From contig NZ_JAGIOS010000001.1 in the NCBI RefSeq assembly GCF_017876815.1, positions 210,001 through 242,000 of the forward strand: a stretch of 32,000 bases of DNA, given 5' to 3'. The stretch's first letter is position 1. Each line of letters opens with the position of its first letter. The notes under the pieces are model-generated. The model was not told the DNA's origin, made no database searches, and was given only the letters and a program-made list of their open reading frames with translations. Source of the DNA: Sinorhizobium meliloti (GTDB lineage: Bacteria; Pseudomonadota; Alphaproteobacteria; Rhizobiales; Rhizobiaceae). The position numbers and the translations under genes were made by a program. Below, one piece after another: positions 15,555 to 24,967 of this stretch.

Positions 15555-16334
15555 TCAGATGACGAGGATCGGCGCCTTGTTGCGCACGCGATCGTAAAGA
15601 TCGATCACGTCCTGATTGACCATGCGGACGCAACCGGAAGAAACGGCCTTGCCGATCGATTGCCATTCGGGCGTCCCGTGGACGCGATACAGCGTGTCCT
15701 GGCCGTTCTGGAAGATGTAGAGCGCGCGCGAGCCGAGCGGATTGTCGAGCCCCGGCGGCATGCCGCCATTATCAGCGGAATATTTCGCCAGCACCGGCTG
15801 CCGGGCGATCATTTCGTTCGGCGGCGTCCACTTCGGCCATTTCTGCTTCCACTGGATCAGGCCGCGGCCCGACCAGGCGAAGCCTTCGCGGCCTAACCCG
15901 ACGCCATAGCGCATCGCGCGCCCGCCCGGCTGCACGAGGTAGAGATAGCGGTCGGCCGTATCGACGACGATCGTGCCAGGGGCCTCACCGAAGGGATCGC
16001 CGACTTCCTGGCGATAGAAGCGCGGATCGATCTGTCTGAAGGGCACCTCCGGGATCAGAAAGCCGCCATCCTCCCGCGCCGCGTAGATCTCCGCGTAATA
16101 GGCATCCTGCGGCGGCAAGCCGATCGGCCCCTCGCCCACCGGTCCCTCGAAGATCCCGCCCGGGGGGCCGGTCCAGCGGCTTTCGAGCGCGGGATTGCGG
16201 TAGACCGGCATCGTTTGCTCGCGGAAGCGGTCCGTATTCATCGAAGAGGTGCAACCCGCAAGTCCGGCGGAGGCGATTGCCAAACCGGATGTGCGGAGGA
16301 ACTGACGTCGGGACAAAGCTGGCAGTGATGACAT
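15555..16334 (-). CDS. L,D-transpeptidase (YkuD domain), Tat-exported lipoprotein
   Basis: Tat/lipobox signal SRRQFLRTSGLAIASAGLAGC and YkuD catalytic motif HGTPEWQSIGKAVSSGCVRM. Confidence 0.9.
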   Translation of the reverse strand: MSSLPALSRRQFLRTSGLAIASAGLAGCTSSMNTDRFREQTMPVYRNPALESRWTGPPGGIFEGPVGEGPIGLPPQDAYYAEIYAAREDGGFLIPEVPFRQIDPRFYRQEVGDPFGEAPGTIVVDTADRYLYLVQPGGRAMRYGVGLGREGFAWSGRGLIQWKQKWPKWTPPNEMIARQPVLAKYSADNGGMPPGLDNPLGSRALYIFQNGQDTLYRVHGTPEWQSIGKAVSSGCVRMVNQDVIDLYDRVRNKAPILVI

Positions 16335-16519
16335 CTAACTCTAACGCGTTGTGCTGCACGGAAAGAGTCCACGTGCTCCATTCCGAGGGCCGGATCAAGG
16401 TGCTTCGAAAGTGAATCGTTGCGAAGCCGTCTCGAATGGTTATCGGCAAGTCGGAACGGGACGCAAGCGGAAACCGCTCCCCTGTGGCACCAGATTGCAT
16501 TTACGGCCGCTCGCGAACA

Positions 16520-18838
16520 TCACCGCCGCTCAGAGGAAAGCAGCACTTCGAAATCCTCGCCCGGCAAGGGCTGGCTGAAGAAGTAGCCCTGGATCTCGTC
16601 GCAGCCGCTCTTTTGCAGAAACTCGACCTGGGCCTCCGTCTCGACACCCTCGGCAATGACGCGCAGACCGAGCTTCTGCGCAAGCGAGATGATCGCGGAA
16701 GTAATCGCCATGTCGTCGGCATCGTGCGGAATGTCCGTCACGAAGGACCGATCGATCTTCAACCGGCGCACCGGGAAGCGCTTGAGCGCGCTGAGGCTCG
16801 AATAGCCTGTCCCGAAATCGTCGATGGCAAGGTGCACGCCGATCGCCTCCAGCGCATGCATTGTGGCGATCGCTCCCGGCACGTCCTGCATGATCAGACT
16901 TTCGGTGAGCTCGAGTTCGAGGTAACGGGCCTCGAGGCAGGTTTCCTCCAAAACCGCCGCCACACGCGCTGCCCAGTTGCGCTCGCGGAATTGCCGCGCG
17001 GAAACATTGACGCTGACGATCAGCGGCGGCAGGCCGGCGTCCTGCCAGGCCTTCAACTGGCGGCAGGCGGTGCGCAGGACCCAATCTCCGATCGGCACGA
17101 TCAGACCGGTTTCCTCGGCGAGCGGGATGAATGCCGCAGGCGAGATGATGCCGCGCACCGGGTGCTGCCAGCGCAACAGCGCCTCCGCAGCGAAGATGCG
17201 GCCGGTCTCGAGGCTCATCTGCGGCTGGAAATGCAGCAGGAACTCCTCCCGCGCAAGCGCCTCGCGAAGCTCCTCTTGCGACTGGAGTTTTTCATGGGCT
17301 CTGGCGGCCATCTCCTCGGTGAAGACCTGGATGTTGTTGCGGCCGAGCTCCTTGGCGCGGTACATGGCCATGTCGGCATTGGCGAGCAGTTCGCCCGCCG
17401 TCTTGCCCTGGTTGGGGAAGCAGGCCACGCCCATGCTGCAGCTCACCTGCAGAGAGCGGCCCTGCAACTGCACCGGCATGGCGATTGCAGTGCGGATATC
17501 CTCCAGCCGCGATAGCACGACGTCCCGCTCCTTCGGCAGGCCGTTCAGGAGGATGATGAACTCGTCGCCGCCGACGCGCACGACGGAATCGGATCTCCGG
17601 ACGGCGGCCCGCATGCGCCCGGCTACGATCTTCAGGAGCTCGTCACCGGTGGCGTGCCCAAGGCTGTCATTGATCAGTTTGAAATCGTCGAGGTCGAGAA
17701 AGGCGAGCACGGCCCATTGATCCCGCTCGCGGATCTCCTCGAGCATGCCGGCGACCTGCTCCTCGAAAAGCACGCGGTTCGGCAGCCCCGTCAAGGCATC
17801 GTGATGGGCCATGAAACCGATGCGGTCCTCCGCCCGCTTGCGCTCGATTGCTATTCCGGCGAGATGAGCGGCCATGGCAATCAGTTCCTGCTGCTGCTCG
17901 CTCGGCGTTCCGACCTCCTGCGCATAGAGCGCGAATGTCCCGAGCACCTTTCGCTCGCGCGACAGGATGGGCGTGGACCAGCAGGAACGGAGGCCGGAAG
18001 GCCTCAGGAGAGGCGCGTATTCCTCCCAGAGCGGGTCGGCGAAGACGTCGGAAACGATCACCTGTTCGCCGCACCAGGCGGCCGTTCCGCAGGAGCCGGC
18101 CGCAGGGCCGATCTCGAGGCCATGGATGGCAGCGCAAAAGCCCGCGTCGAGGCTGGGGGCAGCGCCGTGCAGGAGATGCCGGCCATCCTCCGAAAGGAGC
18201 AGGATGGAGCCCTTGATCCCGGGCAGCAGCGCTTCGATCAGCAGCACCAGCTCGTGGAAGAACTCGCCAAGGGGCTTGCCGTTGGCGATCATTTCCAGCA
18301 GCCGGGCCTGACCTTCGAGCAGGCGCTCCGCGGCCTTGCGATCGCTGATATCGCGCGAGATGCCGACGATACCGATGATCCTCCCGCTCTTGCTGCGCAA
18401 GGGCACTTTCGAGGTCATCAGCCAGCGATCGCGGTCCTTGGTCACGATGGCGCGTTCCTCGATGCCGAAGATCGGTTCGCCGGTTTCCAAAACGCGTCGC
18501 TCGGTATCGGCGACGGCCTGGGCGAACTCGTGCGGGTGCAGATCGAAATCGGTCTTGCCGACGAGGTCGCGCAGGCTTTCGAGGCCGTTGTCGGCAACCG
18601 TCACCTCGTTGGCGATCAGGAAGCGCCCCGCCGTATCCTTCGCATAGATATAATCGGGAACGTGGTTGATCATCGCTTCGAGCCAGTAGTGGCGGTCGGC
18701 CATGTCGGGCTCGGGCGGAAAGAGACGCGCGACCTCCTCGGCAAGGCGGCTGCCGGCATCGATCAGCCGACGCGTCTCCGCATTGTCGTCCGCGTTCAGG
18801 TCGGCATATCGGATGCTGCGGGACGTTTTTCTTGCCAA
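16520..18838 (-). CDS. PAS-GAF-GGDEF-EAL c-di-GMP turnover sensor protein
   Basis: 772 aa with a PAS-like N-terminal region and a GAF-like middle region. The GGDEF is intact (RVGGDEFIIL) and preceded by an RxxD I-site (RRSD, 5 residues upstream). EAL motifs are intact (EALLRW, NVSARQF, DDFGTGYSSL, EGVET, QGYFFSQP). Confidence 0.9.
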   Translation of the reverse strand: MARKTSRSIRYADLNADDNAETRRLIDAGSRLAEEVARLFPPEPDMADRHYWLEAMINHVPDYIYAKDTAGRFLIANEVTVADNGLESLRDLVGKTDFDLHPHEFAQAVADTERRVLETGEPIFGIEERAIVTKDRDRWLMTSKVPLRSKSGRIIGIVGISRDISDRKAAERLLEGQARLLEMIANGKPLGEFFHELVLLIEALLPGIKGSILLLSEDGRHLLHGAAPSLDAGFCAAIHGLEIGPAAGSCGTAAWCGEQVIVSDVFADPLWEEYAPLLRPSGLRSCWSTPILSRERKVLGTFALYAQEVGTPSEQQQELIAMAAHLAGIAIERKRAEDRIGFMAHHDALTGLPNRVLFEEQVAGMLEEIRERDQWAVLAFLDLDDFKLINDSLGHATGDELLKIVAGRMRAAVRRSDSVVRVGGDEFIILLNGLPKERDVVLSRLEDIRTAIAMPVQLQGRSLQVSCSMGVACFPNQGKTAGELLANADMAMYRAKELGRNNIQVFTEEMAARAHEKLQSQEELREALAREEFLLHFQPQMSLETGRIFAAEALLRWQHPVRGIISPAAFIPLAEETGLIVPIGDWVLRTACRQLKAWQDAGLPPLIVSVNVSARQFRERNWAARVAAVLEETCLEARYLELELTESLIMQDVPGAIATMHALEAIGVHLAIDDFGTGYSSLSALKRFPVRRLKIDRSFVTDIPHDADDMAITSAIISLAQKLGLRVIAEGVETEAQVEFLQKSGCDEIQGYFFSQPLPGEDFEVLLSSERR

Positions 18839-19079
18839 GCGAAACCTCCGAAGGAGCGGCGCTCGCGCAGGTTTAGCGAAAAGAGGTTATGCTTCCCTAA
18901 ACTCCACAGCGAAAAATCGTCTAAAGGTTGCGCAGAACCACTTCGCATCAAAAGAATTCATGCGACCTATCATTGCCGACGGCTTCTGCCGAGGACGGCG
19001 ATGGCCTACTGCATAACCATGCAGGAGTTACAGCGACCTTTGCGCGGCCTATCGGGCGCGCAGCGCTGTAAGGAGCTGA

Positions 19080-19763
<684 letters not shown>

Positions 19764-19791
19764 GGCACATGGCCGGAGAGCAAAGGTCTCC

Positions 19792-20700
19792 TCATCCCGC
19801 CATAGCCGCGAGCTGCCGCATTCCTTCCTCGACCTCCTCGCGTACCCAGCGCTTGAAGGCGGCTGCGCCCTTGCTTTCGCGGCGTGAGACGGAGGTGACG
19901 AAGTAGTGCCCGAAGCCGGTCTTGGCGCGAATGCCGAAAGGCGCCACCAGAGACCCCCTCAGCAGCGCGTAGCCGGCAAGCGTCTGCCAGGCAAGCATCA
20001 CCCCCTGGCCGGCAATCGCCGCATCGAGCGCCAGGGAAGCGTCGTTGAAGGTGTGGCGCACCGTCATAGCCGCACCGGAGAGGCCGGCGGTCTTCAGCCA
20101 TAGCTCCCAGGAAAACATCGCATGAGCATCGATCACCGCCGGCAGTTTCAAAATGTCCGCGGGCTCACGAAGTCCGGCGGCCAGTGCCGGCGAGCAGACC
20201 GGGAAGACCTCCTGCTCGAGCAGCAGTTCCGATCGCACGCCGGGCCAGCGTCCAGCCCCGACGCGGATGCCGAGATCGACATCGGAGGTCTCCAGATCGG
20301 CGAGCGTCGTGGTCGCGTCGATCCTCAGCCGGATATCCGGATGATGCTCGGCGAAGCGGTCCAGCCGGTAGACGAGCCAGCGCGCCGCAAAGACCGGCGC
20401 GACCGACACCGTCAATACCGATTCGTCACGGCGGCGTGCCTGCGCGACTGCCTCGGCGAGTTCCCTGAAGGCGCTCGACAATCGCGTCAGTAGCGCGCGC
20501 CCGCTATCCGAAACCACAAGCCCCCGCGGCGAGCGCTCGAAGAGCGTACGACCGAGTTGCGCCTCGGTCTTGGCGATCTGCTGGCTGACGGCGCCGGCGG
20601 TGACGCCGAGCTCCTCCGCCGCAGCGGCGAGCGAGCCGAGGCGACCGACCGCTTCGGCCGCGCGCAATCCGTTCAGGTGAACCGAATTCAGATCTTTCAT
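19792..20700 (-). CDS. LysR-family transcriptional regulator (GcvA-like)
   Basis: N-terminal HTH LNGLRAAEAVGRLGSLAAAAEELGVTAGAVSQQIAKTEAQLGRTLFER with a LysR substrate-binding domain following. Confidence 0.9.
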   Translation of the reverse strand: MKDLNSVHLNGLRAAEAVGRLGSLAAAAEELGVTAGAVSQQIAKTEAQLGRTLFERSPRGLVVSDSGRALLTRLSSAFRELAEAVAQARRRDESVLTVSVAPVFAARWLVYRLDRFAEHHPDIRLRIDATTTLADLETSDVDLGIRVGAGRWPGVRSELLLEQEVFPVCSPALAAGLREPADILKLPAVIDAHAMFSWELWLKTAGLSGAAMTVRHTFNDASLALDAAIAGQGVMLAWQTLAGYALLRGSLVAPFGIRAKTGFGHYFVTSVSRRESKGAAAFKRWVREEVEEGMRQLAAMAG

Positions 20701-20839
20701 ATAGTTTTTCTAAACTGCTGCCGTCGCAATCTCAATTGCAAACTTCGGCAAAGAGGCGGATGCTCCTACAACAGGTTGAAGGGTTGAGCGGCCGGCGAGA
20801 CCGACTGCGCTACCCCAATCCGAGCTGAACGGTGACGTC

Positions 20840-21037
20840 ATGCTGAAGGTTTTCTCAATACTGAAGCGCCCCGGGGCCTCGTCCGAGACTGTTCGAGGAC
20901 TCGCTTCCGACTGGATGCGCGACCCTCTCCAGCATCCGGATCTCTCCCGTATGAATGAACGCGAACTCGCGGATCTGCCGTTCCCCGGATGGCCATGGCC
21001 CCGCTCTGCGACGGAGAATCTCTGCGTCCAAAGGTAA
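20840..21037 (+). CDS. Possible small ORF (65 aa) divergent from the LysR gene; doubtful
   Basis: This is the only non-shadow ORF in the 387-bp gap. GC3 by hand count is about 68 percent, lower than neighbouring genes, the SD is weak (GGTGA), and I recognise no family. Confidence 0.25.
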   Translation: MLKVFSILKRPGASSETVRGLASDWMRDPLQHPDLSRMNERELADLPFPGWPWPRSATENLCVQR

Positions 21038-21087
21038 CCAACGCCCGCTTGAACGCTTCGGCTCCGCCGATCTCGTGCCGATTGCCG

Positions 21088-21708
21088 CTACGACTGCACT
21101 TCAGCCAGAACCTTGGCGACGGCCGGACGCTCGGCCATCCTGTTGCGATGGTCGAGGATTCGCGGAAACCGGGCCGGATCGACACCGTCCGACTCGAGCC
21201 AGCCGGCGATGGTGAAGAGGTAGGGATCGGCGACCGAGTAGGCGTCGCCCCTGACAAAGGGGCCGACGAACATCGTGCGCTCGATCAGCGCGAAGCAGTC
21301 GGCCATATTCTGCGGCACCTTGGCCTTCATCGCCTCCTGCGCTGCCGGGTCGTCTGCCCACCGCGCGGCTCGACGGGCATGGGCATGGGCGACGTGGACT
21401 GTCGAGCAGAGATAGCTCAGGAACGACTGCAGCCGAGCGAACTCGAAAGGATCGTCAAGCGGCGCAAGCCGCGCCTTCGGGAAGCTCTGGGCGATATAGG
21501 CGAGAATGGCCGGCGTCTCGGTCAGGATACCACGGTCGGTCACGAGGGCGGGCACCCGCCCCTTGGGGTTGATGGTGAGGTAGTCCGGCTTGGTCTGCTC
21601 GGCTTTGGAAAAATCGACCCGATGCACTTCATAGCCGGCACCGGCTTCCTCTAACGCGATGTGCGAGGCAAGCGAGCAGGTTCCGGGCGTATAAAACAGT
21701 TTCAGCAT
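21088..21708 (-). CDS. Glutathione S-transferase
   Basis: MLKLFYTPGTCSLASHIALEEAGAGYEVHRVDF...INPKGRVPALVTDRGILTETPAI is a beta/GstB-like N-terminus. GGAGGAAGAACG lies upstream of the ATG at 21706-21708; the track ORF carries a 24-aa extension. Confidence 0.9.
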   Translation of the reverse strand: MLKLFYTPGTCSLASHIALEEAGAGYEVHRVDFSKAEQTKPDYLTINPKGRVPALVTDRGILTETPAILAYIAQSFPKARLAPLDDPFEFARLQSFLSYLCSTVHVAHAHARRAARWADDPAAQEAMKAKVPQNMADCFALIERTMFVGPFVRGDAYSVADPYLFTIAGWLESDGVDPARFPRILDHRNRMAERPAVAKVLAEVQS

Positions 21709-21798
21709 CGTTCTTCCTCCCAAAATGCGCGGCCGACGGCGGCGCCGAAGCACAGAAGATCGAATCGCCGCGATTGACAAGCCCTGAGCGGTATCGCG

Positions 21799-22809
21799 TC
21801 AGGCGGCAAAGGCTTCCGTCACCACCCGCACGTCCCCGACGTGAATTCCGTTCCAGTTGCGCATCGCATGATTGGCCTGAGCCATCAATGCCTCATGGAT
21901 TTCGGCATCGTCCGAGAAGAAGCGCGCAAGCGTCGCGGCGACCATCGCCTCGGCGGCCCGGGTCGTGCCGTCCTCGCATTTCAGCGCTATGCCGATGCCC
22001 TTTTCCGGTATCGCAGCACAGAATACGCCCTCGGCGCCGGTCTTCGTAAAAATGCGGCCGGGAGCGGTCTTCATCAGCCGTGTGCAGGCGCGCTTGGTGC
22101 CCGCGACGAAGAAGGGTTCGGCCATGCAGGCTTCGATCAGACGCTTCGAGGCACGCGCCCGCTCCGCACCGAGACCGACTCCGCTCGCCATCCTGGCGAA
22201 GCCGTGAGCAAGTCCCCTCATCGAGAGTGCGTAGGTCGGGATCGAGCAGCCGTCGACGCCGCAATTGTCGCGATCAAGAACTGCTCCCGTCAGCTCCGCC
22301 ATGACGCCGCGGATTTCCTGCTGGATCGGGTGGTCATAGCCGATATAGCCTTTGACCTCGGTACCGGAATGGCAGCAGGCGCAGACGAAGCCCGCATGCT
22401 TGCCGGAGCAGTTGTTGTGGAGCGCGCTCGGCGCTTCGAGTGAGCGGGCCTGTGCGATCAGGGTCTTCTGGTCGGAGGACCAATGGGCGCCGCACTCAAG
22501 CGCCTGAACGTCCCGCCCCGCAGCGGACAGCATCTTGGCGGCGAGCGCCACATGTTCCGGCTCTCCCGAATGCGACGAGCAGGCCAGCGCCAATTCCCGG
22601 TCGCCGAAGCCGTTGGCGTCGGCGGCACCGCTTTCGATCAGCGGCAGGGCCTGCATTGCCTTGCAGGCGGAGCGAGGAAAGATGTGGGCATCCGTTTCGC
22701 CAAGGGAAAACAGCGTCTTTCCGTCGCCATCGACGGCGACGATCATGCCCCGATGGCGGCTTTCGACCAGATTTCCGCGCGTTACTTCGACCAGAACCGG
22801 ATTCGACAT
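21799..22809 (-). CDS. Asparaginase-II family protein (thermolabile L-asparaginase-like)
   Basis: MSNPVLVEVTRGNLVESRHRG...IFPRSACKAMQALPL...CSGKHAGF are conserved blocks of the Rhizobium-type asparaginase II family. Confidence 0.8.
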   Translation of the reverse strand: MSNPVLVEVTRGNLVESRHRGMIVAVDGDGKTLFSLGETDAHIFPRSACKAMQALPLIESGAADANGFGDRELALACSSHSGEPEHVALAAKMLSAAGRDVQALECGAHWSSDQKTLIAQARSLEAPSALHNNCSGKHAGFVCACCHSGTEVKGYIGYDHPIQQEIRGVMAELTGAVLDRDNCGVDGCSIPTYALSMRGLAHGFARMASGVGLGAERARASKRLIEACMAEPFFVAGTKRACTRLMKTAPGRIFTKTGAEGVFCAAIPEKGIGIALKCEDGTTRAAEAMVAATLARFFSDDAEIHEALMAQANHAMRNWNGIHVGDVRVVTEAFAA

Positions 22810-22880
22810 CGGCTGCCCTCAATTTTCCAAGATTCGGATATGCATCTATCAGGAATCCCACGGCAGAAAAGTCACCGTAG

Positions 22881-23618
22881 ATGAAATTCCTCCGCAAGCT
22901 CTTTCTCGTTTTCGCCGTCGTCTACCTGCTTCCGGCGCTCGCCTCGGCGGGGCTGTGGTACCTCAAGGAGCGGCCGCAGAGCTGGCACGACGCGGATTGG
23001 TCGTCGTCAGGAATTCTGGCGGATGCGGCTGCGAGCCCGCAGGCGGCGATATACGTCTTCTCGGCGACCACCGGAGGCATGAAGGGCGCGGTGGCAAGCC
23101 ACGCCTGGATCGTCACCAAAGACGAAGGAGCGTCGACCTATAACCGTTATGAAAAGGTCGGCTGGGGCAAGCCGATCCGCAGGAACGCTTATCCGGCCGA
23201 CGGACGCTGGTATTCGAACGAGCCGCGCATCGTCGTGGCAGTCAGGGGCGAGGAAGCCAAGCGCCTGATCCCGAAGATCGAGAAGGCGATCGAGGCTTAT
23301 CCCTATTCTTCGCCGGGCGCCTATCGTCTCTGGCCCGGGCCAAACTCCAACACCTTCGTCGCCCATGTCTTGCGATCGGTGTCGGAGCTCGACGCCGTGC
23401 TGCCGCCGGATGCAGTCGGGCGCGACTATCTGCCGGAGGGGAAACTGTTCCATGTCGATGCCGACGGCCGCGACCTGCACGCAACGCTTTACGGCCTCGC
23501 CGGCGTCTCGGCCGGGTGGCGCAGTGGGCTGGAATTGCATTTCATGGGATTGGTGGCGGGCTTCGACGTCGCGCGGCCCGGCGTCAAGATACCGGCACTC
23601 GGCCGCTTCGGGATCTGA
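22881..23618 (+). CDS. Membrane-anchored conserved hypothetical protein (DUF3750-like)
   Basis: 245 aa with an N-terminal TM helix (LFLVFAVVYLLPALASAGLWYL) followed by a soluble domain (HAWIVTKDEGASTYNRYEKVGWG...GPNSNTFVAHV). The family assignment is from memory and tentative. Confidence 0.7.
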   Translation: MKFLRKLFLVFAVVYLLPALASAGLWYLKERPQSWHDADWSSSGILADAAASPQAAIYVFSATTGGMKGAVASHAWIVTKDEGASTYNRYEKVGWGKPIRRNAYPADGRWYSNEPRIVVAVRGEEAKRLIPKIEKAIEAYPYSSPGAYRLWPGPNSNTFVAHVLRSVSELDAVLPPDAVGRDYLPEGKLFHVDADGRDLHATLYGLAGVSAGWRSGLELHFMGLVAGFDVARPGVKIPALGRFGI

Positions 23619-23638
23619 GATGAGCGGCGCTCGGTCTA

Positions 23639-23672
23639 ATGGAAAAGGGCCGCCCTTCGGCGGCCCTTCCAT
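23639..23672 (-). terminator. Intrinsic terminator for the minus-strand qor / small-ORF transcript
   Basis: GGGCCGCC-CTTC-GGCGGCCC core stem (23647-23666), extended by A:T pairs. On the minus strand it is followed by TTTTCCATT. Confidence 0.65.
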
Positions 23673-23723
23673 GAGCTTTGGCCTCACAATGGCCGGGTGC
23701 TGAGACCCAAAGGAAGGCGGCTA

Positions 23724-23795
23724 TCAGGCCGAGGGCTGCCTCGACTCCTTCACCTCTCCCATGTCCATTGCGAGGTCCGAAATCTCATTAGACAT
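23724..23795 (-). CDS. Candidate 23-aa small protein (MSNEISDLAMDMGEVKESRQPSA)
   Basis: Strong RBS AAGGAAGGTGA 5 nt upstream of the ATG (23793-23795). It lies 92 nt downstream of the qor stop and about 50 nt upstream of a terminator. No family recognised. Confidence 0.3.
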   Translation of the reverse strand: MSNEISDLAMDMGEVKESRQPSA

Positions 23796-23887
23796 TGGAT
23801 CACCTTCCTTTCTGTTCGTTGACGTTGATCTCAACGTACGCGATCTTTGCGCCAATACAAGGCCGACCATCGTCTTATTGTTTTTTG

Positions 23888-24889
23888 CTACCCGATCCGC
23901 ATCACGATCTTGCCGATATGATCGCCCTCCTCCATCAGCCGATGGGCGCCGGCAATCTCGGCGAAGGGCAGGACCGCCTGGATGACCGGTGCAACGTCGC
24001 CCCCCTCCAGCAGCGGCCAGACCTTTTCCGCAAGCCCGTCGCGGATCGCCTGCTTCTCGGCGGCGGTGCGCGGGCGGAGCAGCGAGCCCATTACCTGCAG
24101 GCGCTTCATGAGAATTGGCGCAATGTTGGCGCCGTCCACCCGGGCGCCGCCAAGGAAAGCGATGATCGACAGGCGCCCGTCCTTGGCGAGGCTGCCAATG
24201 TTGCGATCGAAGTAGCGCCCGCCCACCATGTCGAGAATGACGTCGACCCCGCGGCCGCCGGTCTCTTGCAGCACGACAGCCTTGAAATCCTCCTCGCGAT
24301 AATTGATCGCACGTTTCGCCCCGAGTGCTTCGCAGGCCTCGCACTTCGCAGCGTTGCCGGCGGTCGCGAAGACCTCCGCACCGAAGGCCCTCGCAAGCTG
24401 GATCGCGGTCGTACCGATACCGCTCGATCCTCCATGGACGAGGAATGTTTCGCCGGACTTCAGGCGGGCCATGTCGAAGACGTTGGCCCAGACGGTGAAG
24501 AAGGTCTCCGGCAGGGCTGCCGCCTTCGCGGCATCGTAGCCCTTGGGCCAGCGAAGGGCCTGCGTGGCGGGAACCGCGCAATATTCCGCGTAAGCGCCGC
24601 CATTGGCAAGAGCGCAGACCTTGTCGCCGGTCGAGAAGCCGGTCGCTCCCTCGCCGAGAGCAACCACTTCGCCCGCAGCTTCGAGCCCGAGGATGGGGCT
24701 CGCCCCAGCGGGCAGCGGGTAGTCTCCCTTGCGCTGCAGGACGTCCGGCCGATTGATGCCGAAAGCTTCGACGCGGATCAGAATGTCGCCGGGCCGGACC
24801 TCAGGCAGCGGCCCTCGCGCCAGCACCATATTCTCCGGCCCTCCGGGGCCAGGCAGATCGACGTAGGTCATTTCTGTCGGAAGGGTCAT
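23888..24889 (-). CDS. qor: NAD(P)H:quinone oxidoreductase (zinc-free MDR, Qor/PIG3 type)
   Basis: [35 protein letters not shown] lacks Zn ligands. The nucleotide motif is [21 protein letters not shown] lies upstream of the ATG. Confidence 0.9.
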   Translation of the reverse strand: MTLPTEMTYVDLPGPGGPENMVLARGPLPEVRPGDILIRVEAFGINRPDVLQRKGDYPLPAGASPILGLEAAGEVVALGEGATGFSTGDKVCALANGGAYAEYCAVPATQALRWPKGYDAAKAAALPETFFTVWANVFDMARLKSGETFLVHGGSSGIGTTAIQLARAFGAEVFATAGNAAKCEACEALGAKRAINYREEDFKAVVLQETGGRGVDVILDMVGGRYFDRNIGSLAKDGRLSIIAFLGGARVDGANIAPILMKRLQVMGSLLRPRTAAEKQAIRDGLAEKVWPLLEGGDVAPVIQAVLPFAEIAGAHRLMEEGDHIGKIVMRIG

Positions 24890-24967
24890 GACGGCATCCT
24901 CGCAAAACGGTTCCGCCTATACCTATAGCCCTCCTGCCGCTCGGGAAAGGTCGCCTTGCATCGCTGC

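Noticed and set aside
23724-23870. Longer 48-aa version of the small ORF, starting at the ATG at 23868-23870 (MVGLVLAQRS...)
   Set aside because: No Shine-Dalgarno precedes that ATG, whereas the internal ATG at 23795 has AAGGAAGGTGA. The upstream part also spans the palindrome and is Arg/Ser/Thr-rich low complexity.
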